Source: Octopus bimaculoides
Taxonomy: Eukaryota
Assembly (NCBI RefSeq): GCF_001194135.2
Contig: NC_069000.1
Coordinates: 14,224,780-14,288,779, forward strand
Reading direction: 5' to 3'
DNA: 64,000 nt
The position numbers and the translations under genes were made by a program. Below the pieces are notes generated by a model that saw only the letters and a program-made list of their open reading frames with translations, was not told where the DNA came from and ran no database searches. Below, one piece after another: positions 12,301-24,302 of this stretch (its first letter is position 1; each line of letters starts with the position of its first letter).

Positions 12301-15300
12301 AACAAACATTAGAGAAATGATCCAGAAGATCAAACTATATACATTAAATAAACTCATGTTAAAGATATATTTACTCTATCATTTTAGATAAAAACAATAA
12401 CCTGTTATCATGTGATAATTTCAATGATGTCTGTGGCGGTTTTACCATTTTAGCTGGTGATGGTTGTCTTTCTTTAAAACCTGGATATGCATGCTGAAAA
12501 TGAGTTTTTCCTTCAAATTTTATATGGTTATTCACTCCTAAATTACTTCCATTTTCACTTTTACTTTTATAATCGTCTTCCTTTTTTGATCTTAATTGTG
12601 CAGTGTACGGTTTAAATGTTGTTTGATGTGTTGTCTTCATGTCCATATATCCTTAATGAGAATATAACAAATGGGAATTGTAATGCAACAATGGATAATT
12701 TAATTAAGATCTCAGACTTTTAGTTTTCATTAATAACAAACATACAATAAAATCTGTGTATCGACACATGAGTTCACATCAAGAATCTTGCAAACCAAAT
12801 ATAACAGGAAATAATTACCTTGGGATCGTAAAACTGTTTCTGCCATTTTGATAGGATATGAACGAGGAGCTATTTTGCCACAGTATGTGTCCTGTGTAGT
12901 GCTTTCTGGCAATGGTTCTTTATTTGGAAAGATTATAGAATCTAGAAAATAAAAATAACTTTCTTAAATATATTTATGAAACAAAACTTGCAGTAAGACG
13001 GAAAATAATATTTATTTTTGTATACTTCCACTTTATTTATATTTGAAATGTTTTCTAATAACATTAACGTGCAAGTGGCTGAGCACTCCACAGACACGTG
13101 TACCCTTAACGTAGTTCTCGGGGATATTCAGCGTGACACGGTGTGACAAGGCTGACCCTTTGAATTACAGGCACAACAGAAACAGGAAGTAAGAGTGAGA
13201 GAAAGTTGTGGGGGAAGAGTACAGCAGGGTTCACCACCATCCCCTACCGGAGCCTCGTGGAGCTTTTAGGTGTTTTTCGCTCAATAAACACTCACAACGC
13301 CCGGTTTGGGAATCGAAACTGTGATCCTATGACCGCGAGTCCGCTGCCCTAACCACTGTGCCTCCACATTTAACAGAGTAATCTGAATACTAAAGGGTTA
13401 AACATGTCACCCACTTCTCTTCTCATGTACATCGTTTCTCTGTTGAGTTTCCTGTTAGTCATAAGCCCCTTTATTCTAATAGCTTCTTTTCTTCAACTGC
13501 TGCTCCCTAAAAATCCTTACCACCATCTTGTTTGCATTTGGTCCTTGACAGTCAATCCTTTAAGTTTTCTGTCTTTAGAATTTGTAGGCTCCTTCTTTAC
13601 CTTCTTCGTAGTCCTTTATGCTACAGTGGCCTTAACACTTTTTGGGGACAAAATCATATAAAAAAAATAATAACTTCTTACCGGTAGAAGATGAAATTTC
13701 ATGGAAGGGCAAAGTTATCTGAGGTGGCCATGCTTTATAATCTTCTTTTGTTGTTGTGGTACCAAACTTGATGCCATCAAATCTCATAATACTTGCTTTT
13801 TTAGGCAACGTTGCTGGAACAGCAGGTATTCTCTTCTTTGGAATAAAATCATTACGGTAAGAAGTAGTATACGTAAATGGCTCAGACGGTGGTTCATATA
13901 TCCTCTCCTACAATGACAAAGTAAGAATATACCATTTACCATTTTTTTTTTAACCTTATACTCGTTTCAGTCATAGGATTGCAGCCATGCTGGGGCACCC
14001 ACCACCTTCAAAGGCTTTGTTGATTGAATTGACCTCAGTATGTATGTACGTACGTACGTATGTATGTATGTACATATGTATGTACGTATGTATGTATGTA
14101 TGTACGTATGTATGTACGTATGTATGTATGTACGTATGTATGTGTATGTATGTATGTATAGAGAGAGAGAGTTGTGTGTGTGTGTGTGTATGTTCCCTAC
14201 CACCACTTGACTACTGATTTTGGCTTGTTTATATCTCCATCACTTAGTAGCCTAAGAAGTGGCATCACTTGGGGCCACAAAAAGAAACTGATAGACTAAG
14301 TACCAGACTTTAAAATAAGTACTGGAATAAATTCGTACAATTAAACCTTTCAAGGCAGTACCCCAACATGGAGGATACAGTCTCACAACAGAAACATATA
14401 AAAGATTAAAAGATAAAAAATAAATGTTTTTAAAGCGAAAAGTGAGCAGCATCAAATATTTACAACTTACTATGAATATTGGTTTCCTCCTTTCAACTTT
14501 ATCATAAGATTTAAATTCTGATCTTTGGTGTGTTTCAAAAGACATAGCAGATGACAGAACATTGCTTGGTAATAGCAGGGGACGTTTGCTGGACCTTGGT
14601 CGAGGATCTTGAACAGCTTTGTAAGTTTCAGAATAATTTGTTTCAGGTAACTTTTCATTATTTCTTTGTAAAATAACAGGTGTGTTTTTCTGAAATTTCT
14701 GTTTCCTCTTATGATGTCTAATGAAAAACAAAAATAAATAAAAAAATCAATAACATATTTAAATGAACTTCATTTTTTTTTTTTTTGTAATATTCTTTTA
14801 GTTGTGGACATGGCTATAGGAACAAGTATGGCTGTATAGTTGAGTAGTTTGCTTCCTAACCAGGTGGTTTGGGGTTCACTATTATTGTGTTGTACCTTGA
14901 GCAAGTATCTTCTACTATAACTCCAGATCAACCAAAGCCTTGTGAGTGGATTTTCTAGACAGAAACTGAAAGTTTATCGTATGTGTATATGTAAGGGGTG
15001 GGGTAGGAGGGGGTCTCCTTGTCTTCACATTGTGTGATAGTTGTAAATAAGTGTCACTGTCATCTAAGCATTGTCTCTCATTCTGAATATTCTACAAAAA
15101 CATTGTCATTAAGCTAGTGTTAGGAACATAAATTGGGACTAAGGTTTGGTGAAAGATTTTAATTCAAAACTTATGAAAACAAGACATTTGTACTCAGAGC
15201 AAGAGCCGGTTTCAGCTGAGTTGGTAACAAAAGTGTTAATTTATACTGATACAAATACAACATTGACTTTCCACACACTAATGGTCTGGAACTTCTCATA

Positions 15301-16669
15301 ATCTGCACTAATTTATGCTAATGTACAGATTCCTGCATTTCATTTAATTATTTAAATAAATTTAATATTCCCTTTTATTCTTTTATTGGCTTCCATCATT
15401 AGACTGCAGCCATGCTGAAGTACCACTCTGAGGAATTTTAAACATGCAAATCAACTCAAGTACTTACTTTTAAACCAGCTACTCAGTCTATCAGTTTTTT
15501 TTTTTTTTGCAAATTCGTTAAGTTATGAGGATGTAAACACACTAAAACTGACTGTCAATCAGTGGTGAGCGACAAACACAGACTCAAACACACACACATG
15601 CGCAAACACACACATATATGCACGCACACATACACATGCATACATACATACATATATATATAATCCATACTAGATTAAGAGAAAAAAATGGAGAGTTAGT
15701 AGTCAATATTTATTTATTACTAAATTGATAATCAATTCTTCCTACAGCTGTCACCATTTATACTCATTGGATAAATTACAAATTTATTTATGCATTAAAT
15801 TTGCATTTATGAATTATGAGCAAAATATCATCAGGGAAAAGTTAGACATTCAAAAATTACATGGTGACCTAAGTGTTCAGATAGGTCAACATGTATAACT
15901 GGCAGGTAAGAGAGAAAATGAACTCAGAATTGAAGGATAAAAAGAAAAGTTGAAGATGAAGGAATTTGAGGGAGTTGAAAAACGAAATGGAGGCTAATAA
16001 AGAGAAAAAGAGCAAGAAGAGAAAAGGAGATGAATCGGATGAAAAAAAGAGAACCAAATAAAGAAAGTCATTGATTTCAAATACATATACATACAAACAT
16101 ACACACATACATATATACATACATACATACATACATACTTACATACATACATGTTGTATGATACTAATAAGATATCTTTTCGAACGCAGAGTTGCAGTTA
16201 GAATAGCAGAAATACAAGGCGGAAAAATTTGTCAACGATACATATTTCAACACTTCTAATAAAAACAACAAACAAATATTTGTTTGTTCACATTTATATA
16301 CACATAGTTACACACACACACACACACATATCACACAAACATACAAATATCACACACATCACACACACATATATACACATAGCATCTTGTATTTCGAATA
16401 GTATAAACCATATGCTCTGAGCACAGAGATTGCTTGTATCCAATAAGTATAGATGGAAACAGCTGTAGGAAGAATTGATTATCAATTTAGTAATAAATAA
16501 ATATTGACTACTAACTCTCCATTTTCTTCTCTTAATTTAATACTGGTTATATACATAGCATATACTTATTGCTTTAGGGAAATTTTATTTCCCAAAGACA
16601 TAAAGTATAGAACTAGTGTTTTCTTGGATGTACTCATCCCTTTAAGAGGTCAATATATCATCTAATTAA

Positions 16670-16704
<35 letters not shown>

Positions 16705-18670
16705 AATAAATCTCAGGGTAGCAAAAAAAAATTTAGAAATTCTTTTTGCTACCAGTGGTCTAGCGAGAAGAAAAAAAATAGTCCATTGACTATATATTAT
16801 TCATATAAATACATACAGTGTATATTTAAACAACATAAGAGAGATGTCCATAATAGGACATCTAACCCGCTAGAAGGAGCAGTCAAAACTCCAAACCACA
16901 ATTAGGGATAATTTCGAAAGGGAATGAAAAATAAAAACATTCGCCATCTATTTCCTGAACCANNNNNNNNNNNNNNNNNNNNNNNNNNNNNNNNNNNNNN
17001 NNNNNNNNNNNNNNNNNNNNNNNNNNNNNNNNNNNNNNNNNNNNNNNNNNNNNNNNNNNNNNNNNNNNNNNNNNNNNNNNNNNNNNNNNNNNNNNNAGGT
17101 TTCAAGCTATTTTCAACAAAATAAAATAATTTGCTAGGCCAGCTATCATCATATATATAAAGAGAGAGAGAGAGAGAGAGATTTTCACGTTTTATTATTT
17201 GCAATTTCTACAATTTTACAATATTGAAATAAACTAGTACTTTCATGTGTTACATAATCGTCAGGTTTATGTAGTAACAGTTGTGCTCCATAAAAATTGC
17301 AAATAATAAAACATGAAAATCAGAATTAGTTGGAATTTCATTGATTGATATATATATATACTAGTAGAGATACCTGGTGTTGCTCGGGATTAAAATGGTG
17401 TAGTTTTTTTATTGTCTTACTTGTTTCAGTCATGTGACTGGGGCCATGCTGGAGCACCGGCTTTAGTCGAACAAATCGACCCCAGGATTTATTCTTTGTA
17501 AGCTTAGTACTTATTCTATCAGTGCGTGTGTGTGTGAAAGTGCGTGTGTGAAAGTGTATGTGGTCTAGTAGTTAGAATGTTTATCACACGATCATAATGC
17601 TGTGGATTTTATTTTGTTGTGTCGAACAAGACACTTCATTTAACGTTGGTTGCTTCAGCCTTACTCAGCTGAAAATAAGTACCAGTCGAGTGTTAGTACA
17701 GCTCTATTCCTCCATGTATCACACTCTGATATACCACTGGGTCACATAGGAAGAATACCAAAAGTGTGCTTATGTCTGCTCGCGACTAAGCCGGCACCCA
17801 AAACAATTCGCGAAAGCATTGTACTTCTTACTAAGCCTTATTCGCTCGCAGGTGATGGCTTATAATTGCGTGCGCGTGCGTGAGTCTGTGCGTGCGAGTC
17901 TAGCGTGCGTATGTGTATACATGTATGTATGTATGCATTGGTAGCAGACGATATACCAGAGCAAAAAAATTAGCTGGGGAAAAGATATGAGACATAACTG
18001 AATTAAAGGGAAAATGCTTATAAAATACGCTATGCATCCTTTTACCAGCTGATATTGGAAATTAATGTCTAATCTGAGATAACACGGACATAACTAATCT
18101 TAGATAATTTGTCTTCGTGTTCAAACGAATCTGTCACCTCAACCGCTAGATGTTATCATTAAGCGTAATTTTCTTAACTCCTTTCTGTCTGTTCAAAGTA
18201 TTTTCATAAGTTTATTCTAAACATATCTATGCTTTTAGTTAGCCATTGTTTCATACGTCCCAAGTAACTCTGGTGGTTAAAAAAAATTGGGAATCTGTAT
18301 CAAGGAAACGCCAAAGTACAATGTTCTGTATGTGATACACAGGGCGGGCTGAGAGTTAACTGCATTTCTTGGCCCTTAAAATAGCTATTCCTTTAGCTCA
18401 GGTTGCCTTTAGATGTGGTAACTGTTGGCCTAGTTAATATAATCAGGCAATATTTAAAACTTGACGCAACTAACTTTTAGCTGTAGTAAATTTACGAAGT
18501 ATTCCTCAAAAGATTAACAGTTATGAGAGTTACGTATTTACAGCCAGTAATTATTGTTATAATTAAAATGAAAGGACTCACCCACAGTCACAGAGTTGTG
18601 TAATATTTGCATCATCAGGTATTTCCTCGGTCCATATATCAAAGGAACTAGCACTCGTTCCTAGAGTCAT
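9042..18670 (-). CDS. SAXO: SAXO/FAM154-family stabiliser of axonemal microtubules (microtubule inner protein); 8 coding exons, 1578 nt, 525 aa
   Basis: Exons (minus) 18670-18582, 14717-14471, 13907-13682, 12941-12819, 12651-12402, 10726-10588, 9676-9470 and 9338-9042 are all GT-AG and join in frame. The N-terminal LCDCGHH motif is split by a phase-2 intron and resembles the SAXO1 CSCGRHH motif. There are 12 recurring T/S-x(3-4)-Y/F Mn-like motifs (e.g. TTSYRNDF, TTKEDY, TTHQTTF, TTSNKEFF, TTNYRSTF). AATAAA lies about 54 nt past the stop. SAXO1 versus SAXO2 cannot be resolved by eye. Confidence 0.85.
9470..9676 (-). CDS. SAXO: SAXO-like exon 7
   Basis: RDYCPID...FDGTTSNKEFFQKW...YVPPQ; phase 0-0. 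Confidence 0.88.
10588..10726 (-). CDS. SAXO: SAXO-like exon 6
   Basis: RCFETEQRAIYKGH...VESLSSQK; phase 2-0; GTATGT donor. Confidence 0.86.
11400..11618. mobile_element. Mariner-type MITE
   Basis: Perfect 19-bp TIR core CTGAAAAGTTCCTGGCTTT (11410-11428 / 11589-11607); TA at the right end. Confidence 0.85.
12402..12651 (-). CDS. SAXO: SAXO-like exon 5
   Basis: GYMDMKTTHQTTFKPY...FEGKTHFQHAY...LSHDN; phase 1-2. Confidence 0.88.
12819..12941 (-). CDS. SAXO: SAXO-like exon 4
   Basis: DSIIFPNKEPLPESTTQDTY...VLRSQ; phase 1-1. Confidence 0.86.
13063..13366 (-). mobile_element. tRNA-derived SINE family A copy, SAXO intron 3
   Basis: Reverse complement of most of 20952-21332. Confidence 0.88.
13682..13907 (-). 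CDS. SAXO: SAXO-like exon 3
   Basis: ERIYEPPSEPFTYTTSYRNDF...GTTTTKEDYKAWPP; missing from the ORF track; phase 0-1. Confidence 0.88.
14038..14190 (+). repeat. (TATG/TACG)n plus (GA)n(TG)n microsatellite
   Basis: Direct inspection. Confidence 0.9.
14471..14717 (-). CDS. SAXO: SAXO-like exon 2
   Basis: HHKRKQ...PETNYSETY...SFETHQRSEF...KPIFI; GTAAGT donor. Confidence 0.88.
17180..17321. mobile_element. Fold-back/MITE-like element enclosing the hammerhead motif
   Basis: 29-bp inverted repeats at 17180-17208 and 17293-17321 with 2 mismatches. Confidence 0.6.
17229..17270 (-). ncRNA. Minimal type I hammerhead ribozyme motif, SAXO intron 1, sense to the pre-mRNA
   Basis: Minus strand AUAAAC-CUGACGA-UU-AUGU(AAC)ACAU-GAA-AGUACU-A-GUUUAU: 6-bp stem I, 4-bp stem II, palindromic stem III. 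Confidence 0.6.
17360..17392 (-). mobile_element. Possible Helitron 3' end fragment
   Basis: On the minus strand, a GC-rich imperfect hairpin followed by CTAG|T. Confidence 0.35.
18582..18670 (-). CDS. SAXO: SAXO-like exon 1 (MTLGTSASSFDIWTEEIPDDANITQLCDCG)
   Basis: ATG at 18670; donor GTGAGT; phase 2 matches the next exon. Confidence 0.8.
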
Positions 18671-18671
18671 T

Positions 18672-18683
18672 GTTACTGGCAAC
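18672..18683. promoter_or_regulatory. RFX X-box-like motif GTTACTGGCAAC, just upstream of the SAXO ATG
   Basis: Fits GTNRCY-N0-RGYAAC; RFX control of ciliary genes is established. Confidence 0.4.
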
Positions 18684-19959
18684 ACCACTAATAAAAGTAG
18701 TTCTTTCCCACATAAGTATCTAGGCTTAAAATAACGATGGTATGTCAGTAACTTTGATTAAATGTTATCTAAGTCATATCGTACTTTTAGAATGTTGTTT
18801 ATAAAGCTAACTCATAATGGTAAGCTGTTGAAAATCAATATCTTGATCTTCGTTTCCCTTCAAACCAGTCTTATGTGACGAGTCAGTACACTTAGCAACA
18901 GCCTTAACAACTAATCCTCATATTTCACAAGCATGTTTTCTTTATTTTCGTTATTCATTTTTTTTTTAATGTCTTAATTTGGCCACCCTTAGCACACACG
19001 TATATTCAGAGAGAGAGAGAGAGAGAGAGTCTGTCTGTGNNNNNNNNNNGGGGGGGGGGGTGACGTTGATGTCTCATTCACAATATTGGTCTTTCGTGTA
19101 AAGGTTTATTATTTTTATTTCTGTTGTACGATACAAAGATGTATTTTTATTCTACAGAGTCGAGTTAATTAATTTCCTTTCTTACAAAAATTCTTAGAAT
19201 AGTAGTTCTAACTATCGTGGATCAGCGCCCTTTCGTCAGATGAAGGTGTTCTTCAAAGGTCCCTTTTGCATGCTTTTCAAAAATAAAAAAAAAAAGATTG
19301 CATTAACCAAGCAGAGGCTGTGGTTTAATATCCGTATTTTCCTACATTATCCCAACCAACAGGTGCCACCATTTAAATGTATGTATATGTGTCTGATGAG
19401 TGGACAAACGGAAGAAAGTGGCACTCAACACACTTGTAGGAGTTATAGCCCAAATATTCAACCTGCTTTATGTTCAAATTGACCAGATCCAGCATCTCAC
19501 ACCTACCCTACAATGCCATTCAAAAATATACAATCACATCATTGAAATCTCAAAGCTACAAGGTAATGCATGATTAATTCAAAATAATGTGAATAAATAA
19601 GCATTGCATTTGACACAATAATCTGAATGCTAAAGGATTAAAAGAAGACTTTGTACAGATTTAAGTGTTGTTTTATCTCACTTTTTCTCCATTGAAAAGC
19701 AAAGGTGCTGGTTTGTTGTGATATGATCAATGTCTAAGAATATTCAAAGATCAATTAACATTCTACAACTGATGAACAACTTCACAGTGACATATGTAAT
19801 CTGATGAATTTCCACCTTATTACCAACTACATAATAAGGTGGAAACTGTAATCCTATTACATTTTTGTATTTGGTTTGCAAGATTCTTTATGTGAATTCA
19901 TGTGTTGAAACAAATTTTGCTGTGTCTAGGGAGAGTCATAACACAAATATTAATTACAG

Positions 19960-20127
19960 AAGTAAGCAATGGCTGTGTGGTAAGAAACTTGTTTCCAACC
20001 ACATGGTTCCAGGTTCAATCCCACTGCATGGCACCTTGGGTGAGTATCTTCTACTATAGCTTCAGGCCAACCAAAGCCTTGTGAGTGGATTTGGTAGATA
20101 GAAACTGGAAGAAGTCTGTTATATGTA

Positions 20128-20220
<93 letters not shown>

Positions 20221-20512
20221 TTAGTGTCTGCTTTCTATGCCGGCATAGGTTATATGTACATGTATATATGGGTTACATATACATGTATGTATATCTATGT
20301 GTGTGTACCTTTGTGTCTGTGTTTGTCCCACCCAATTGGTGTTGGTGTGTTTACATCCCTGTAACTTAGCAGTTCAGCAAAAGAGACCAATAGAATAAGT
20401 ACTAGGCTTATAAAAATAAGTAAGCCTTGAGGTTGATTTGTTCAACTAAAACCCTTCAAGGTGGTGCCCCAGCATGGCCACAGTCAAATGACTAAAGCGA
20501 AAGATAAAAGAT
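19960..20512 (+). mobile_element. SINE family B with an expanded (TA)n(CAT)n core
   Basis: Head and tail match family B; microsatellite at about 20125-20220. Confidence 0.85.
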
Positions 20513-20699
20513 AACACATGCACAGGTTCAGTTCCATTCCTTTATTATTAGTCAATTGATTAAGTATCTATCCAAGTAATTAATCAATCATTTGCTTAAT
20601 TTGTTGGTTAAAAGATCAGTCGTTTATTTTGCTTTTTATTATGAAAGTTCTCTTGTTGCCATTTGCAACCTTTTCAGGGACTTCTCCCTTTTCCAAAAT

Positions 20700-20905
20700 T
20701 AAAGCATAGGATTACAGCACTGAGTTGATGTCTTTTTAGATGAGCTGCAGTTATTTTTACATCTTCACAGGGGTCAAGCTATATTTTTATAAACCAAGCA
20801 GATGGATTACCTTGACAACAGCTACACAAATTTGACAGCCAGTGTCAGCCATCATTGGAATAACAACTGTTTCAGGTTTATGCCAACCAAGTCCAAAGTA
20901 TCCAA
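20700..20905 (-). mobile_element. Ty3/Gypsy-like LTR retrotransposon protease remnant
   Basis: PETVVIPMMADTGCQICVAVVKVIHLLGL; aspartic protease D-T-G motif at 20832-20852. Confidence 0.6.
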
Positions 20906-20951
20906 AGTCTTCATGATTTGTTGAATACATTGAGGTTTATGTTATATTTGT

Positions 20952-21332
20952 GGAGGCGCAATGGCCCAATGGTTAGGGCAGCGGACTCGCGGTCATAGGA
21001 TCGCAGTTTCGATTCCCAAACCAGGCGTTGTGAGTGTTTATCGAGCGAAAACACCTAAAGCTCCACGAGGCTCCGGCAGGGGATGGTGGCAAACCCTGCT
21101 GTACTTTTCCACCACAACTTTCTCTCACTCTTACTTCCTGTTTCTGTCGTACCTGTTATTTAAACGGTCAGCCTTGTCACACCGTGTCACGCTGAATATC
21201 CCCGAGAACTACATTAAGGGTACACGTGTCTGTGGAGTGCTCAGCCACTTGCACGTTAATTTCACGAGCAGGCTGTTCCGTTGAACGGATCAACTGGAAC
21301 CCTCGACGTTGTAAGCAACGGAGTGCCAACAC
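20952..21332 (+). mobile_element. tRNA-derived SINE family A (other copies at 13063-13366 - and 520-752 -)
   Basis: Pol III A-box TGGCCCAATGG and B-box-like GTTTCGATTCC; highly similar copies in the window. Confidence 0.9.
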
Positions 21333-22546
21333 ACACAACACATTACCACAATAAAAGCAAACATCTGATTTATGAAAGGATACTTGTTCATGATCCTCTT
21401 AGCACTCTTTCTTTATTTGTGTGTACTAGTCAACACAATTCCTAATAAACCTGAAGGGTGAATGACTGACCTTTCACCAGTTTCCTTAGCCTAAATATAT
21501 TGGAGTACTTACTCTATTACTCTATTATTTGTTTTAGTTATTTGACTGCGGCCATGCTGGAGCACTGCCTTTAGTCGAACAAATCGACCCCAGGACTTAT
21601 TCTTTGTAAGCCTAGTACTTATTCTATCGGTCTCTTTTTGCCAAACTGCTAAGTTACGGGGACATAAACACACCAGCATTGGTTGTCAAGTGATGGTGGT
21701 GGGAACAAACACAGAAACACAAACATACACACACACACACTTGCTCCTGTGCAGATGGCACGTAAAATACACCATTTCGAGCGTGGCCGTTGCCAGTACC
21801 GCCTGACTGGCCTTCGTGCCGGTGGCACGTAAAAGCACCCATTACACTTATTTCCTATTCATTTATTTATTCCAATCTTCCTTATATATATACATTTAAT
21901 AATTTTTTCAGTGACGTTTTCCCTCCCCACATCTCTATTCAGCATAACTACAGACTGGTGCCCCACCACCTTCAACTTTGTTTTCTTATAACTCTTAAAA
22001 ATGCATATTTTTAAATGACATTTTTCAGAAATACATTTTTTAAGAATGTATACCTATAAATCTGTGTAGACATATAAATTTGGTAACAAATCAAATGTAT
22101 TGAAGTTATGGAAATTGATGAGGTCAAAGCTGGAAAGATGGGTTGGAGCGAAGCCTAACCTGAACCTCCAAAATTTTTTTTTCCCTGAATATTATCGACA
22201 TAACTGTAAAAACTATGCCTTGAAGATGTTTGCTGCAAAATTCCATTGGGAAAAGGCACTTTTCAGAAAGTTATAATTAAACAAAGTTGGGGTGGAGAGT
22301 ACCCACTGCAGTTATGCTTTCTTTCCATTTCTATATTTTTTTCAAATAGACAAATACAGGTATATTAAATACCATACAACATAAATTCTTGATTTATTAA
22401 AATTACTCCATCTCTAAAGGATGTATCGTAATTACCAAATGGCAAATAAGACCGGGTCCCCTTGAAGAAGGGAGATAATCTTTAAGTTCAAGAATTTCTC
22501 CAAAGCTGACATGCCATAAAGTAAATAGACAGGCTTATTGTCTAAA

Positions 22547-23395
22547 GATCTACTACAATAATACTCTTGTGTTTTTCTCTGTCACAACATATAAATGAGA
22601 AAGGAAGGGGTGGTGGCAAACTGGTAGTGGGATGATAGAAATACTATGGTGAAAAAAAATCAAACAGCGTTTCAACTCTGTGTGAGTATATGTGTGTGTA
22701 TGTAAAAGGGAGGTATGTGTGTGTGTGTGTGTGTAAAAAGTGGGATGGTGAACATACAACGTTCCTGTCAAACAATCCAGCCCATGCCAGCGCGGAAAAC
22801 GAACGTTAAACGATGATGATGATTATGATTTCACCGAGATATCGAGGGAAATGAGATGTGAATGTGGTGCCTATTTACTGTTAGAGTATAAAAATGGACT
22901 GCTCAACACTAAAGCATTCAAGGATGTCTAAGAAACAGAGATTTCTTCCTTCATAATAACATTTGATACTTTTTTGCATATTATCTGGAGATTTTGTTGT
23001 GATTAAGATTCTGTATCAATAGACTAGAACGACCCTTGGCCTCCACAAAAAAAAAAAAAATAATAATAACATCCCCATTTAAACTATGTACAAAATCAGC
23101 TATATTCATAAATTTACTCTATGCAAAGGAAAGATGATAATGAAGCATTTTTCACACTTTGGTCCCCTGCTCCTAGGTCTAACGATCTACTACAATAATA
23201 CTCTTGTGTTTTTCTCTGTCACAACATATAAATGAGAAAGGAAGGGGTGGTGGCAAACTGGTAGTGGGATGATAGAAATACTATGGTGAAAAAAAATCAA
23301 ACAGCGTTTCAACTCTGTGTGAGTATATGTGTGTGTATGTAAAAGGGAGGTATGTGTGTGTGTGTGTGTGTGTAAAAAGTGGGATGGTGAACATA
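22547..23395 (+). repeat. Near-identical 210/212-bp direct duplication (22547-22756 and 23184-23395)
   Basis: By eye the copies differ only by one TG unit in the microsatellite. Confidence 0.92.
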
Positions 23396-24245
23396 TTTAG
23401 GGACAGAAAATCAAGGAAAACTAAATTTTTGTGAAAAATCAGGGTAGCGTGTATAAAAAAAAAATCCTGACGTTGATTGGTGAAGCATATCTGGAAAGCT
23501 CGAAAAAGTGCTTCAGGCACTTGTCTATTCAACAGAAACATTTCTGTCCCTAAATTCTGTAGACCCGTGTAGTTGCAGACACGTGCTTCTGGCATCAGCA
23601 TGACAATTGCCCGACCTCATCTCCAGTAACCAAGGAACTTAGACTGCCACAAAAAAAAAAGTAGAGCACATTTATGGCTTAATTTGTGTAATTTAAATCA
23701 AAAAAATTAGCTAAGAGAAATAACTCAGAATGGCCAATAGCACGTATTTGAAAGACAGACAAACCTGTATTTGTCTATAATGTTTAAATATATGCTACAG
23801 GCTACTCTGAGTTATTTCCCTTGGCACATTTTTTAAAAAAATTATGCAAGTTTCTTATAAATGCTTTTTTATTTCTTTTTTATATGTAGATGACTACAGG
23901 TGGCATTGACTTCATGAACTACAAATATATAAGTTATGTGGTTGAATATCACCGAGAGTTGAAAAGGAAATAGAAGTGGAATTGCTTCAGTAGAAAGCGA
24001 AAGTAGCCTAACATCCAACTTTCTTAGCCATCCTTTAAAGCCTCTCCTCTAACCCTCAGATATTCATTATATAACTTTATATAAATTTTGTTCAGATAAT
24101 ATAAAGTTTAAAAAATATATATCGTTACTCAAAAATAAATTCTGAATATTTATTTATTCCCAGTGTTTAAAAACTAAATATGCTTTCATCGTAGTTAATA
24201 TTTATATTTGACTTAAGCGGCTCTAATGTTTATTATAACAACATT

Positions 24246-24302
24246 ATGGCGACGATCGTAGACATCAAATTAAAGCGAGCAAGCAAAGTATATCGTGAAG
24301 GT
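24246..24302 (+). CDS. VPS26C: VPS26C exon 1 (MATIVDIKLKRASKVYREG)
   Basis: ATG at 24246; donor GTAGGT at 24303. Confidence 0.95.

Noticed and set aside
15900-16070. Purine-rich E/K/R coiled-coil-like stretch suggestive of gag
   Set aside because: Multiple stops and no diagnostic motif.
20085-20369. ORFs rich in IY/YI/CV/H/N repeats here and at 353-595, 13967-14217, 37241-37744 and 57990-58406
   Set aside because: Microsatellite translations, mostly inside SINEs.
20952-21030. tRNA-like head with A and B boxes
   Set aside because: It continues into a multi-copy SINE body and has no complete acceptor stem, so it is not a tRNA gene.
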